Assembly (NCBI GenBank): GCA_973895155.1
Contig: OZ316891.1
Coordinates: 31,689,112-31,753,111, forward strand
Source: Marsupella aquatica
Lineage: Eukaryota > Plantae > Marchantiophyta
Direction of reading: 5' to 3'
DNA length: 64,000 nt
The position numbers and the translations under genes were made by a program. The notes beneath the pieces were generated by a model. The model did no database searches and was not told the DNA's origin. It saw nothing but the letters and a program-made list of their open reading frames with translations. Of the stretch, positions 12,527 through 25,900 are shown piece after piece. Each line of letters opens with the position of its first letter. Positions within the stretch are counted from its first letter, which is position 1.

Positions 12527-13434
12527 AAAACAAAGGCTATGTCACGTCATCAGTCTTGGCCTTAACTCGGGCTTCAGCTTTAAACGGGCACCTCCTTCGT
12601 AAATATGAGGGTTCGGGCAGGGAGGGAAGAACGTAATGCACCTAATTCACGTAAACTAGCGCTAAGTGCGCCTACTGTTAGATACGGACATCTCCTAGGT
12701 ATGGTTTGTGTTCCACCGCCGGAACGTACCTTAGTCGATAACAGGATCGATCCCGGCTTAAGGACTTCTAAGCCTTTGTGTTGTCCGCCTTCGATCCGGG
12801 TTCTATGATACAGGTCCTCAACCCGTGCTCGCAACCACATACCGCAAGCTGCACCCCGTGCATGACTCGGGTAGTACGTTCGGCCCAGCATTGTCACCTA
12901 TACACGAGATTCACACACACATACACGCGCACAAGCATACAATCTTGATTTACATGAAGGAAATAATGGGAAAGGATTTTACTACATAGGGGACATGTGC
13001 GTACACTTGGTTGACCCGACAGCTCCAGAATGAACAGGTTCAAGGCCGAGGGAGTATACTACAACGGAGCCCGGCTCCGCACTCGCCCAATGAGCTTAGT
13101 CCTACCCCCTCCCCTTGGTACTCTTTCACTCCCAGAGGTCGGGACTCCCCGCACATACCCCGGATGTCCAACTCTGAGACTAAAAACCCCCTGCCTCTAT
13201 CGAGGGGTGCACTAAATACTAAGGGTCGAGGAACGGAGTGTCCTCTCGCCCGAAGATTCGCTGACTTAGGTCCTCACTACTCTGACTGTCAGGCCAAAAA
13301 ACGGCTGTGTCTTATTAGAAGATCCTAATCTACGCAGGCTGGACAGCATGGCAGTGCTGTTGTAACTAAGGCAGGTGCCTGTTCCAATAGCCTGACTTAG
13401 CTATTCCTAACCCTATTCTATTCCTACTCCGCCG

Positions 13435-15974
13435 CTAATGCCTGGCATGCTTGCCAGAAATGCCCGAATGGGAGCGACCATCCCGCTGCTTACGAAGTCT
13501 GTCGTTGTCCGCCTTGAGGAGCTGGACCTGGTCCAGTAGAGATTCATTCTCTCGCTTCCCCGCGTCTGTCTCCTCTACTGCCTCCTGGCATGCCTCCTCC
13601 AGCTGCTGGGCGTCACTCGTCAGCTTGCCCGCCAGCTGGTCCTGCTTCTCGGCTTTGGTTTGGAGCCGCGCCACTTCGGCCTGTAGCGTGGCTATCTCCG
13701 TAGTGTCCCGCTGGGCCCGTTCTTTGGCCTCCTCCAGGTCTTTCTGCCAGATGACAGTTGGATTCTTCAAACTGTCAATCTGGTTCCGGAGTCGTGCAAT
13801 CTCGGCCTCGTTCCCAACTTTGGCCTACTCGGCTAGGGCGGTAAGGGCGTGTGCCTTTGCTAACAACTCCTCGGCGGCTGCAACTTTGGGTCATAGTTGC
13901 AGAAGCTCAGCCTCTTGAGCCGCAACTTCGTTCTTTAAGTATACGGACTCCACCCGGTATCGCTCTATCCTCTGAAGGGCCTCTGACTGGGCCCGAACTG
14001 CCTTTACTGCGGCAACTAACTCCTGATTGAAGAAACAGGCTACCTTCCGGGCCATGAACTCCCCGGTATCCCGGGCAATTTGATGAGAGAAATCTCCCAG
14101 AAGCCCGTTCAGAAATGTACCCGGTAGGAAGAGTTTCGGGTGGTCCAGGTTGTGTCTGTCCGGAGTTGGGCACGGGCAGACGTCAACACGCGCGGGGGCC
14201 GGGGCAGTGACATCCAGCCCTGGGGACGTAATGTTGGAAGGGGCTGGAGTGTCCTCCTACAGCAATGTCCGGTTCTCCGGAATAGCCACCGATGGGTCTT
14301 TGGGAGACCCGGGCTCGAGTAAGACCTCCGTTGTACCGACTTCTGTACTTAGCCCGGCCTGTTGGATCGCATCTACGGTTGCAATAACCGACCCATCCGG
14401 TACCTCCTTGGTTACGACTTCTGCTACTTGTGGAGGTGGGGTGGGTGAAGCTTGCGTGTCCGCTGGACTTCGGGCCTCGGGTTGGGGCCGTCTCTCCAAG
14501 GCCGGGAAAACCCACCTAGCTGGGACCAGCTTTGTAACGTTGACACGGGGAAGGGTTCGTCGATCAAACCGAGCGTACCACTCAAGAATGATCTCGATGT
14601 GGCTAGCAAAATATGCCTTCCCGCCAATGTACAGCGTCTTCCTTTGCCGCTCCATCTCTTCATGGAATTTCTTAGCGAAGTACGACGCCCACTTCCTAGA
14701 TCGATAGTTCTCAACCTGGATAACCTGGGCGGCGAAGATCTCCCCCCGGGGTTCCATCATGTGGAGGGCGTACCTTTGGAACTCCAATCGCTCAACTATC
14801 TCGGGGATGAGGCAGGTCCTCATCATGAACCCGTTGTCCATTGCTCCCTCAGAAGGAAAACTCGAGGATTGGTACTTGGCTCCCTTGCCCCCGGGAGCCC
14901 GTGATTCGACTCGATGGTCACCTTGGGGTAATCCGAAGATCATCTTGAGCCGTTCTTCCGTGAGGGACATATTCCTTCCCTGCAGCCGAGTATGTTGACG
15001 TGCGTCATCATAATTCTTGACAAATTCTGTCATGTCCTCCCCGTAGTACCTGCAAGTATTCCAGGAGAGAGAGGCGAGGTGCTCGAATCCCTGAGTCTTT
15101 AGGTACACCGCATGCTTGGGATGGAGGATGTTCTTATGCACGTTTTCCCCCATGCGGTGCATTGTCACCTTGGCCACGGCTACCGTGGCCAATGGTAACC
15201 TGGATGCAGTGGTGGGTTCCTTCTTCTTCTTCCCCCGTGACTGGCTCGGGGAGGGTGATACCTCCCCATCCTCTCTATCGGGCATAGGTAGTGCTACCAC
15301 CGTTAGTATTGGGCCCGGGCGGCCACGGTCACCATGTTGTCTGCTGGAGCCGCTCCTTGGGTCCGAGCATGGGGAGGGGACGATGTAGTGTCGGCCCCTT
15401 GAGTGTTTGCTCCTCTGGGCTGCCTGAGCAAGGGTGGGGTAGCCTCGTCGTTGTCGCTAAGGTCCACAGCGTTGATGATGGAGCGTACTTGTACTGCTGG
15501 CGGGGCGATCGGTGGTGGGGGTTGGCTAGGCTGAGACTGAGACTGAGCCTGAGCCTGAGTCTGCATTGGTGCGGGTACGGGTATGGGGTCGACTGGGTCG
15601 GCGCCGGCGGTTGCGGGTCTAGTTCCCATGAAGCTCTCCAGGTGCTGGTAGAAGTTCTCTGAAGCAAGTGCAGACAACCTTGTCAAACGGGTAGTGCTGG
15701 ACTCGCTGTTGATGATAGCCCAAACCTGAGCAGGGATGTGGTCAAAGTGATGTCGTTGCAAGTCGATCGTACCCGGGATATTGAAGACCTCGTTCGGAAC
15801 CCGAAGCAATGCTTCCCAGAAACCGATATGTTTGTCTCCGTTGAAGAAGTACCCAGATACCTCTGCTGGTCGGTAAAGCTTGCTTTGAGACGGGTAGTCA
15901 AAGTTAAGGATGTAGTGGTGTCGTCCTGCTAGGCGGATGGCTCTCTTGTACTCAATCATGGCTTTCGGATTCAA
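13435..15974 (-). pseudogene. LTR-located accessory ORF of family B (plant-transposon/ATHILA-ORF1-like domain plus coiled coil), ~845 codons with in-frame stops
   Basis: ORFs 15303-15974, 14257-15300 and 13435-13770 lie in one frame, separated only by single stops (15303, 14257, ~13891, ~13826). Motif EFVKNYD...RLQGRNMSLTEERLKMIFGLPQG aligns with EFVGSWE...RIYGKDFYLTPKVIAEVFGLPIG in the family A LTR ORF. Confidence 0.75.
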
Positions 15975-16812
15975 TCACGCCGTCAACGTAGCAAAGTTTC
16001 TACTGCAAATACAGTCCACTTTCTTGCCTTGTCCGATAATCCTTCACGATAGTACTGTACAGTGCATCATTCCATTCTCGCATCATTTGAGAATTATTCC
16101 CTTACGCCTTCCCTAAGCCCAGAGTAGCTAACAAGCTTTCGAGCACGTTTCACGACCGTATCTTGCGAATCTGGGAAGCTCACACAGTTGAGTACATATG
16201 GAACTTCATATCGTTTTGGTCGAATCCAGACTGTCAACTACCTTTGAAGGAGAAGAACATGGCCACTTTACTAGAATTGAATTATCTAATCTTCGACATG
16301 GATGTATTCGAAGATCTGAATACATCCATCAGTCTCGGCCAAAGGCTTCCTGCAAGTCGATGAACTCGAAGACTCATTGCTTGAAGCTTTTTGCTCATGG
16401 AGGTTGCCATTCGCGCATTTGATCTTTATGCCCTTGATTTTTGCCTCCTGTCACCAATGTGAGTTCCCTTCCAGTACCATGTTCACAGCAAGGCAGCTAC
16501 TGTATGCAAACTCTTCTTTTGATCTAAGGACAATACTCAACTAAGATGTCAAAAGAGGTTTCTACATATCAAGCCAACAGCTTGATTTCACCGCACCTAT
16601 AATTTTGACACTCAAAACGAAACTTGCATGACCTTTCTCTTACATGAAATGGACTTTCAGCCAGAAGAGGGCTAGGTACAACCCCCACTTGCAGAATCTC
16701 AAAATTAATGTTACAGAATTGATACACCCACAACCTGATTGTATCTGCGCTGCCAGTGACTACTGATTTGAAGTCACTTTCCAGCCAGCCCAACACAGCT
16801 TTCAATCTGGGT

Positions 16813-19800
16813 TCACCAGTATTCACCACAAGAACACATTCCATCTTTAAAATGGTGGAACCGATTTGCATCCCTTGCAATAATCTCGCGTCCGGTCACC
16901 TTAGAGATATACTTGGTTGCTGAGTGGCAATCTGAACACACACGAAGGTTCTTACTTACACGAATAGGTTCTCCCCAAGGTAGGTGCATAAGTCCGTAAG
17001 CAATAGCCAACTTCTCACTATGAGAGCAAAGGGCTAGCTCCTTATCCTCGTCATTGATATCATGCAATACAAGCTGGGTATCCGGAATGTAGCCTTCCGC
17101 CTTCAGTTTTTCATTCAATTTATTCAGCTCAGTATAGATCGCCTCCGCTTCTGGGTGAGATGTATCCCCCACCACAAATTCATGGATCTTGTTATGAACT
17201 TCGATCCAGCTACGTCCTGGCTCCTTCCGAACACCTCTCTCTCGCATCATAGTGCGCACACATGACACCTTCTCCCACTTCCCAGCTGCAGCATAGATAT
17301 TGGAGAGCAGCACATATGTAGAGGCCCTACCGGGTTCCAACTTGAAAAGCTCGTTAGCGGCCAGTTCACCCAGCTCCACGTTACCGTAAGTTCTACAAGC
17401 CCCAAGCAAGGTTGTCCAAGTTACATCATCTGGTTCGATCGGCATCTCACTGATCACCTGGTTTGCTTCTTCCAAGTGTCCCGCCCGCCCAAGAATATCC
17501 ACCATGAGGGTATAGTGAAAAACACTCCGCTCGATACCATAATCTTGCGTCATAGCAGAAAAGATTCTACGGCCATCATCAACAAGGCCTCCATGAGAAC
17601 AGGCTGACAACACAGCTGTGAATGATGTCTCGGTGGGCTTCACATGGTCAGCATTCATTTGTCTGAAAAGTTCCAGGGCTTCCTGCCCATATCCATGTTG
17701 TGCAAGTCCTCCGATCATTATGTTCCAAGTGACTACATTGCGTTTCTCCATTCTGTTAAAAACAAGTCGGGCGTCAGCTATACTGCCACTCTCTGCATAC
17801 ATGTGAATGAGTGCACTACCCACACGCAAATCCGACTCCAGTCCGGCTTTGCTAGCGTGGCCATGAACCTCCTTCACCCGCTCCAAAGCCCCCGCACTTG
17901 CAGATGCATTCAGGATGGTCACATAAGTAATTTCATTTGGTTCGAAGCCTTGGCGTTTCATTTCAAGAAACATTCGATATGCTTCATGCCCACATCCATG
18001 TTGTGCAAGCCCTCCTATCATTACAGTCCATGTGATTACATCGCGTTTCTTCATTCTGTCAAAGACCAGTCGGGCATCATCTATACTGCCAATCTTCGCA
18101 TACATGTGAACGAGTGCATTGCCCACACGCAAATCCGACTCCAGTCCGGCTTTGCTAGCGTGGCCATGAACCTCCTTCACCCACTCCAAAGCCCCCGCAC
18201 TTGCAGATGCATTCAGGATGGTCACATAAGTAATTTCATTTGGTTCGAAGCCTTGGCGTTTCATTTCAAGAAACATTCGATATGCTTCATGCCCACATCC
18301 ATGTTGTGCAAGCCCTCCTATCATTACAGTCCATGTGATTACATCGCGTTTCTTCATTCTGTCAAAGACCAGTCGGGCATCATCTATACTGCCAATCTTC
18401 GCATACATGTGAACGAGTGCATTGCCCACACGCAAATCCGACTCCAGTCCGGCTTTGCTAGCGTGGCCATGAACCTCCTTCACCCACTCCAAAGCCCCCG
18501 CACTTGCAGATGCATTCAGGATGGTCACATAAGTGATTTCATTTGGTTCGAAGCCTTCCTGTCTCATTCGGAGGAATAGTCAATATGCTTTGTGCCCACA
18601 TCCATGTGCAAGCCCTCCTATCATTACAGTCCATGTGATTACATCGCGTTTCTCCATTCTGTCAAAGACCAGTCGGGCATCATCTATACTGCCAATCTTC
18701 GCATACATGTGAACGAGTGCATTGCCCACACGCAAATCTGACTCCAGTCCGGCTTTGCTAGCGTGGCCATGAACCTCCTTCACCCACTCCAAAGCCCCCG
18801 CACTTGCAGATGCATTCAGGATGGTCACATAAGTGATTTCATTTGGTTCGAAGCCTTGGCGTCTCATTTCAAGAAACATTCGATATGCTTCATGCCCACA
18901 TCCATGTTGTGCAAGCCCTCCTATCATTACAGTCCATGTGATTACATCGCATTTCTTCATTATGTCAAAGACCAGTCGGGCATCATCTATACTGCCAATC
19001 TTTGCATACATGTGAACGAGTGCATTGCCCACACGCAAATCCGACTCCAGTCCGGCTTTGCTAGCGTGGCCATGAACCTCCTTCACCCATTCCAAAGCCC
19101 CCGCACTTGCAGATGCATTCAGGATGCTCAGATAAGTGATTGCATTTGGTTTGAAGCCTTCCTGTCTCATTCGGAGGAATAGTCGATATGCTTCCTGCCC
19201 ACATCCATGTTGAGCAAGTCCTCCTATCATTACATTCCATGTGATTACGTCGCGTTTCTCCATTCTGTCAAAAACCAGTCAGGCGTCAACTATCCTGCCA
19301 CTCTTTGCATACATGTGAACCAGCGCAGAGCCCACACGCAAATCCGACTCCAGTCCGGCATTTCTAGCATGGCCATGAACCTCCTTCACCCACTCCAAAG
19401 CCCCCGCACTTGCAGATGCATTCAGAATACTCGCATAAGTGAATGCATCTGGTTCAAAGCCTTCCCGTCTCATTTGGAGAAACAGCCGATATGCTTCATG
19501 CCCACATCCATGTTGTGCAAGTCCTCCTCTCATTACATTCCATGTGATTACGTCGCGTTTCTCCATTCTGTCAAAAACCAGTCGGGCGTCACCTATCCTG
19601 CCACTCTCTACATACATGTGAACCAGCGCAGAGCCCACACGCAAATCTGACTCCAGTCCCGCTTTCCTAGCGTGGCCATGAACGTCCTTCACCCATGCCA
19701 AACCCCCATCACATGTGGATGCATTCAGGATGCTCGTATAGGTGATTGCATTTGGTTCGAAGCCATCCCGTCTCATTTGGAGGAATAGTCGATATGCTTC

Positions 19801-20690
19801 CACACCATCACCATGTACTGCACAAGCTCCAATCATAACATTCCATGTAATGACATTTCGATTAGTCAACTTTCCAAAAACTTTCCTTGCCTCGGTGATG
19901 CACCCACATTTAGCGTACATCAGTACGAGAGCAGACCCTACACGCACGTCCGATTCAAAGTCGGCATGTCGAATACCCTGATGAATTTCTTTTCCCCAAT
20001 TGAGAGCTAGTGGGCTTGAACATGCATTCAGGATGCTCAGATACGTGATCTCATTTGGCTTCACGCCTTCTTGGCGCATTAGATTGAAAATTTTGAGTGC
20101 AGATTTAGCATGATCACTCCTAGCGTATCCCGCAATCAGGCTGGTCCAAGTAATAACACTCTTCTTCTGAATTTGATCAAAAACTCTACGTGCATCCGAT
20201 AAACCTCCGCATTTGATATACACATTCAAAAGCGTGATTGCCACATATGGATTTTCGTGAATTCCACTCTCGATGATGCAATCATGAATTTGCTTGGCTC
20301 CTTAAAGGTCTTTCTGTTGCAAGCAGATTTGCAGAACTTTAACATATATATGTGTACGAGTCTATAGCAATGCCTCGCTGTAGACGAGCTTTCAACATAG
20401 CAATTGTTTGACCCGTGGTACCAGGATGCATATGCCTACTGCCAATCCCTTTTGCAGTGGCCTGAGACCGATCTCTCATGTAATAACTAACATTAGATGG
20501 AAATCTGCAGTGAGTAACCAAATTCGCCCTTGCCTTAACCCACGCTGGGGTTGACCAACCATCCACCCAAAGTGCTAGTCTTGTCAACTTCTGATTGAAC
20601 TCAGGTGCTTTGGGCTTCCTCTGTCAGCACCACAACCCACGATCAGATCTGCTACCAGGATAAAATCCAGGAGATTCCACGAGGTGCAAC
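16813..20690 (-). pseudogene. PLS-class PPR-DYW paralogue, pseudogenised, expanded to L-S + 8x(PLS) + P2L2S2, ending EYW
   Basis: ORFs 19279-20244, 18580-19263 and 16813-18567 are in one frame, broken by CGA>TGA at 19279 and 18580. There is a TAA at ~20302 and a 4-bp (ATAT) insertion at ~20345 relative to copy 1. HSEKLA and CSDCH are intact. Confidence 0.9.
17820..19330 (-). repeat. Near-identical 303-bp tandem units (one PLS triplet each) inside PPR copy 2
   Basis: CCCACACGCAAATC(C/T)GACTCCAGTCCGG recurs at ~17820, 18123, 18426, 18726, 19029 and 19332. The units at 17820-18425 are almost identical. Confidence 0.9.
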
Positions 20691-22599
20691 GAAGTTGTAG
20701 TTATTTCTTGACGACTATGTTTCCAGTGATCATTCTACAATGAGTGTTCAGAAATGGATAGCAGACCGGTAAGCCTCTCGAGTTCTAGGGTGCATTCCTA
20801 CCTCCGTCCAAAGATGTATTTTCTTGTCTCCCTTGCTCTGCTGTGATCTTTGGTACAGATAACTTGCAAAGGTTAAATGACTCCTTTCCAACTGAGAGTA
20901 ACGGCTATCTGTCAAGAATGCAATGATCTTAGAATAGAATATTGAATAATTGTGAAAGGCATATCCAGGTATCAACAAGCTCGTTCCTTCTCCCGTATTT
21001 CACTGTACCCACAGAAAGGACAGAGTCAAGAGCCTATCGAATTGGTACTAAAATACTTCAGCCAGAAGTCACATGTTATCCTTGGGTTGTGTACAGGACA
21101 GACTCTTAGGGCATCTTGACAGGCGTTCATTTGTAAGTTGCTTACACTGTCCTTTCTGCGCTATACACAAACCAGAATCTCAGGTTTCTGAAAAGAGACT
21201 ACTTAGAAATAAAGCCTAGCCATCATCTGTAGAATCCATCGTGATTAGACACATGACATGAACGTGAAAGCGCTTCCCTCCCTCTCCTACAATTCAGGAA
21301 TAAAGGCTATCCATCATTCTTGAACTTGGCTCTTATACAATCCATGAATTTTATGACATGAATTAACAGTCTCATTACCTGAAGGCCGTGTAGAAGAACA
21401 ATGGCAGATTCCAATACCAATCAAACCGGAAGATGAAGGATAAACTCTGCAAATCAAACGTCTTTGTTGAGAATGTATTCAAGGTCGTTTGGTCACATCA
21501 AATCCAACAAAATGACATGCATACAAAATTAATCATACCTGGCTGAGGACTGTTGCCTAAAGCGGTCCATATCCAAAAGTTCCATCGAGTCAGCTCTGTT
21601 CCCGTGCCGGGAATACGGAGCTCAATGGTACACTTTTGAGAAATACGATCTAACCTGTTTGACAAAGGTTCAAATCAGCCTAAGTAGTGCAATCTTGCAG
21701 AGCCCTCAAATTTCAAGTTTCATCTTTCCTTCCCATGGACTAAGGAAAGAATATTCATTACGCAAAGGCTCTGTTGGGGAAACCTTGCCCGGGTAGAGCA
21801 ATCTCAGCTCAGCGTAACAGTTGGAGGAAGCCCTAGAAGCATAGCAGTAGCGGTATCTTCTCCAGGATCAATTCCTCCTGCTGGACTCTTTTACGAATCA
21901 TCCCAGCTTTGCCATCAAAACTTGAGAATCAAAACTACAAGTTTTGAGAAGTGAAAGTATGAGGAGATCTTCCATCCAAACCCCAAAGCAACCCACCGTC
22001 ATACCTGCACATTGCCCTCTGAAAAACTATGGCGTGAGTGCTCTTGTTTATCGCCCTCCAAGAAAGAACCCTTTCCAACTGAAGTGTCCTGCATACCAAA
22101 CGAAGAATTGACGACGTTTCTTCAAAGAAGAACTTGTGAACAACTGTTATGCAGACCGTGTGAGTAGCAAATTGGGCAGGCTCGACAATTCGTTCAGAAC
22201 AACAAGTTGAAGCAAGTGGGAACAAAATTGATCTAGATTGTGACGGGAAATCAGGAGACGGGCAGCAGGAGACGTCATGCAAGAAATGAGCAGGACTTGA
22301 ACCAGGATGGACAGTATCGCGGGCTGAAAAAGAGATTCTGTCCCGCTTCCTTGGGCGCTCAGAGGTGAGAAGTACAGTTGCCGAACAATCTAAGCTTGAA
22401 ACGCAGAAGAACATCTAGTATAGCTAGGGCCCTACTAGGAATTCTTTGCCCAAAGGACATGACGAGAGGCCGTGTAAAAGTGGTAACGCGAACCTAACAG
22501 GGATCCCTGGATTCGTCAGCATGTAGCTACGCACAGCTCGATACCAACTCCACGAGAAGCAACTATAGCAATTCTGCAATCTGAAGCCACTACGACAAC

Positions 22600-23460
22600 T
22601 AATTTTTAGCTCATTAAATTAACTGCTGAACTAGAATCCAATAATACATTCTTAATCTTGGTTACTTTTATATTTAACTGTATCATTGCTCCCTTATCAG
22701 CTAATATTGTTGTTTCCAACAGTGGTAATTCCTGCTGATTATCTTCTTCATTTCTTGTTATAGTTGTCCTTTCCCTTACCTCACTCGTATTTGGTAGTGC
22801 TGTCTCTTGTGCTCCCTCACTCATTTTCTTGAACACTACTTCTCTGCATTGTGGTGACATAACAATTCTTCAACAGTTAATTCCACTTTAGCCTTTGAAA
22901 TAACCTCTACCAATTTCTTTATTATCTCTTGCTCGCTTTTTTCTCTGATTTGTTACATTCTCAATGGTTCTTCCCTTAATGATTCATCACTTATGAGGAC
23001 CTCATGTGTAAAGGACTCTCTGATTTCTTCTTTAAAACTCTTATCAGACTCTAAAATTTCAGCTCCATCTTCTATTCTATCATCCAAACCCATTAATCTT
23101 TCTGGTCTTGGCAGCAATTCACTTTGTTGATGTTGTCAGATTTGTTCTACTGTGTCTCACATCGTAGTGTCCAATTGTTCCCAACTGGTACTCAGTACTC
23201 CACTCGTGGACGGTAGAGCTAACACGATTGGTGGCTCTACCTGTTGTGACCTAGTCACTATATTCACATCCATTGTCTGAATTCTTACATGATTAACCGG
23301 TGCTTTAGTTTGTGCTTAGGTTCTTTCTTTATTATGTTGCACCCATAGTTCACACTTAGCCCCCCTTATATGTCCAGGCTTCCCACAATAATAGCAAGTA
23401 AGGGGAGGTCTTTCTCCCTCTTCCTTGAAGTTCCTCTTATTTGAATATTGTCTGTCACGA
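22600..23460 (-). mobile_element. Decayed LTR-retrotransposon gag-protease fragment
   Basis: Minus strand gives LTCYYCGKPGHIRG (knuckle remnant, ~23360-23405) and IKNVLLDSSSAVNLMS (aspartyl-protease active-site remnant). The fragment abuts the end of duplication arm 2. Confidence 0.65.
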
Positions 23461-25029
23461 TTTCTTGGAATTTATTTTTTCTTAAATAAATAATGAAATA
23501 AATAATTACACTTCAGGATATATTCTTTATGTGTGTACGACCCCCTAAATTTTGTTGCTCATAGTAAAGTAATCATTAAAATGCTAAACCCTTTCAGGGT
23601 ATTACAAACACTTAACAAACAGCTGTTGTTTGGTTCCTAACCAGAAATTTTTATGGTACAACCCCTGGCCGAGTTATGAGTATACATCAGGCTGCAAGTA
23701 GTCAATTCAGACTAGTGGCAGAAGAATTGTGTAATGGCTCGATATAGGTTTATGTAAGAAACTTGTCATTTTTGGTTTTTTGAACAAGGAATAGTAAGAA
23801 AGACATTTTAGTGTTAGCAAAGTATTTAGGGTTTGCAACCCTAAGTAGCTAGGGAAGGCTAGTAGAAAATAATGCAATGGAGAAGATATGTTATTCTAAG
23901 AAAGTGTCAAGGGATAAGTGAGGTCTTTATGGTAGGGTAGCAAATGTTACGTCCTTAGTTAGAATAGACAACTAAATAGGACCGGAAAATGACCCAACAC
24001 TTGAAGTCTTAGTTTTGGTTAAAGAATTTTCCCATAGGTCCTTAGAGCACCCCTGTGAAGTATGACATCAAGTGGGGTCACAACTTAGGGTTTCCTTGTG
24101 TTTTGGTGGGACTTAAATGAAGAAAATAGCGGGTACCGGGAAAAATAGCTAATTAATGGGAAAAATGTTATGGTCTAAGTAAAAATATAAGTTTACTTCC
24201 CTTCTCATCAAAAAATATAAGTTTACTAGTGTCCCTTCTATCCCTGAAAACTTGTGGGAGAACTTGGTTACCTTTGGTTACTTTTTGGGAGCATCTCAAA
24301 GTTGAGAAGAATTTTGGAAATCATAAGAATTAACCCTCTTTACCTAGTTATAGAAAATTGATTATAGGGTTTTGTTTAGATCTTAGTAAACCAGGACATA
24401 TCCCTATGTCCAGAGAACATGTGAATCTACTCAAAAGTCATTTTGGACTCATAGGTGATTTTTTGGGGCAGTCCAAAACAGCCAGGGAATGCTGTTTTTT
24501 CCAAATCCGGAAAATTTTTCTAAGTGTGAAACGGTCGACGCGGCTATGACGAACGACGACAAGGCAGGCAATAAGTACGTGATGCTTCATGGCTGAGTGG
24601 AAAATTGAAGCTATGGTGGGCTACGATGTTGGCTGGCTGATTAGGACACGAGAGATGCTATGAAGGTAATAGACCAACAATGATTGAAGTTGAAGGGCAA
24701 GCTCAGATTGAGCTATGGCTGTTGTGATTCGAAGCTGCTGTATGGCTGCTATTGGGCTACGAATTAGAAGGGCTGGCTGATTGAATAGAGGGCTGGCTAC
24801 TGGAGAATGGAGCTATGGCTGGCTACACGAGGTGCTGCTGTAGCCAGCCTGCTAATTGAGGGCGCGCGCAGCTGTAGAATTCAAGATCAATGCAGCAATT
24901 AGAAGAAGTGTTGGCTCTCAAATCAATCTGTGAGCTATGAATTGAAGAAGCTATGGATAGCTGCAAAATTGACCAGAAGAGTTACGAATTGAGTTGTTGG
25001 TTGCAAGCTATGGAGGACTAGTATGGCAA

Positions 25030-25900
25030 GTTGCTGACCAACATCACGAGATCCATGTTGATGCTTCATCCATGGTGCTCCTTCATTCATGCTGCTACTT
25101 CAAATTTTTCCAAAACCTTTCAATATCTTGCACATTGGCCGAATCCAACACAATGGCTAATTCCCTTGTTGATCAGGGAGGGAAACCTTAGAAACTTCCA
25201 GCTGAATTTTTGTTTGATATCGGATGGTTGGATGGTGGCCATGCACAGTCTTGTTGTAATCAATTTTCTTTGAGAAGAGAAGAGGATTGATTCTAATTGG
25301 CGCCTCTCCCGAAAGTGAGAAAACCAACCACAAGTTACAGAGGCAATTGGAGGAGAAGCAGGCATACATTGCTGCATTAGAAGAAGGTGAAGAAAGAAGA
25401 GAGAGGGAGAGGAAGAAATGGCTGCAGGATGTAGCCAATAAGGAGCTCATCCAGTAATGCAGTAAGGTGGTTCAGATTCCGAAGGACACCTACAAGGCTT
25501 GGGATCTGGAAGTGTAGAGCTTAAGAGATGAAGCTGCCATGGGAGCTAAATTATTGAAGAAGGCACTAGCGGATCCGGTGCACAAGAGGAAGCTGGAACA
25601 ACTCAAGAAGGTGAGCGTGAACTCGTGGAAGATATTCACCGGACAAAAGATAGCATCTCAGAATGCTATTGAGGTCAACGAAGCTATGGGCTTAGAAACC
25701 CTTTGTATTATTTTAGCTGAAGCAGAGATCAACAAGAGGGCCATTTGTTCGGACGATTGTGAGAGGATACGGTATGACATCCCGGTGTGAATCAGGTTTA
25801 TGCTACCTTTCTTCCAATGGTCGGGAGCCATAGGCTTCGTGACCCAACCCGAAGACTTGTACTTTAGGTTAGGAGGGAGGGCCAATTGGTTTATTGTTTA
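25030..25900 (+). mobile_element. Possible decayed LINE fragments (RNase-H-like C-terminus and ORF1-like PVWI motif)
   Basis: FQNLSISCTLAESNTMANSLVDQG resembles the plant RNase-H-like F..I.H..RE.N..AD.LA..G motif. YDIPV*IRF resembles LINE ORF1 LPVWIEL. Heavily degenerate. Confidence 0.3.

Larger units (their letters stand above)
9310..15980 (-). mobile_element. Truncated Ty3/gypsy retrotransposon (family B): partial ORF-containing 5' LTR, tRNA-Asn PBS, gag, protease; pol and 3' LTR lost
   Basis: Gag core FKGRHGDDPDEWLDEFE...RGEARPWY, CCHC knuckles, protease LVDGGAGVNIM and PBS at 12508-12526. Blocks CYRVSTR, DDPKLFFP and ATVGQLL are shared with the 33765-58304 element. Confidence 0.85.
16795..22572 (-). 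repeat. Arm 2 of inverted segmental duplication
   Basis: Reverse-complement homology to 2283-7255, including conserved splice-site-like motifs. Confidence 0.9.

Noticed and set aside
18580-19281. CGA>TGA stops in PPR copy 2 as sites repaired by U-to-C RNA editing
   Set aside because: The gene is nuclear, U-to-C editing is organellar, and the copy also has a frameshift and a TAA. CpG deamination explains the stops.
17644-19650. Long repetitive + strand ORFs (311, 139, 147 aa)
   Set aside because: Antisense shadows of the PPR tandem repeats.
23530-24550. LTR fragment starting TGTACGACCCC
   Set aside because: LTR-like composition, but no partner repeat, PBS, PPT or definable end.
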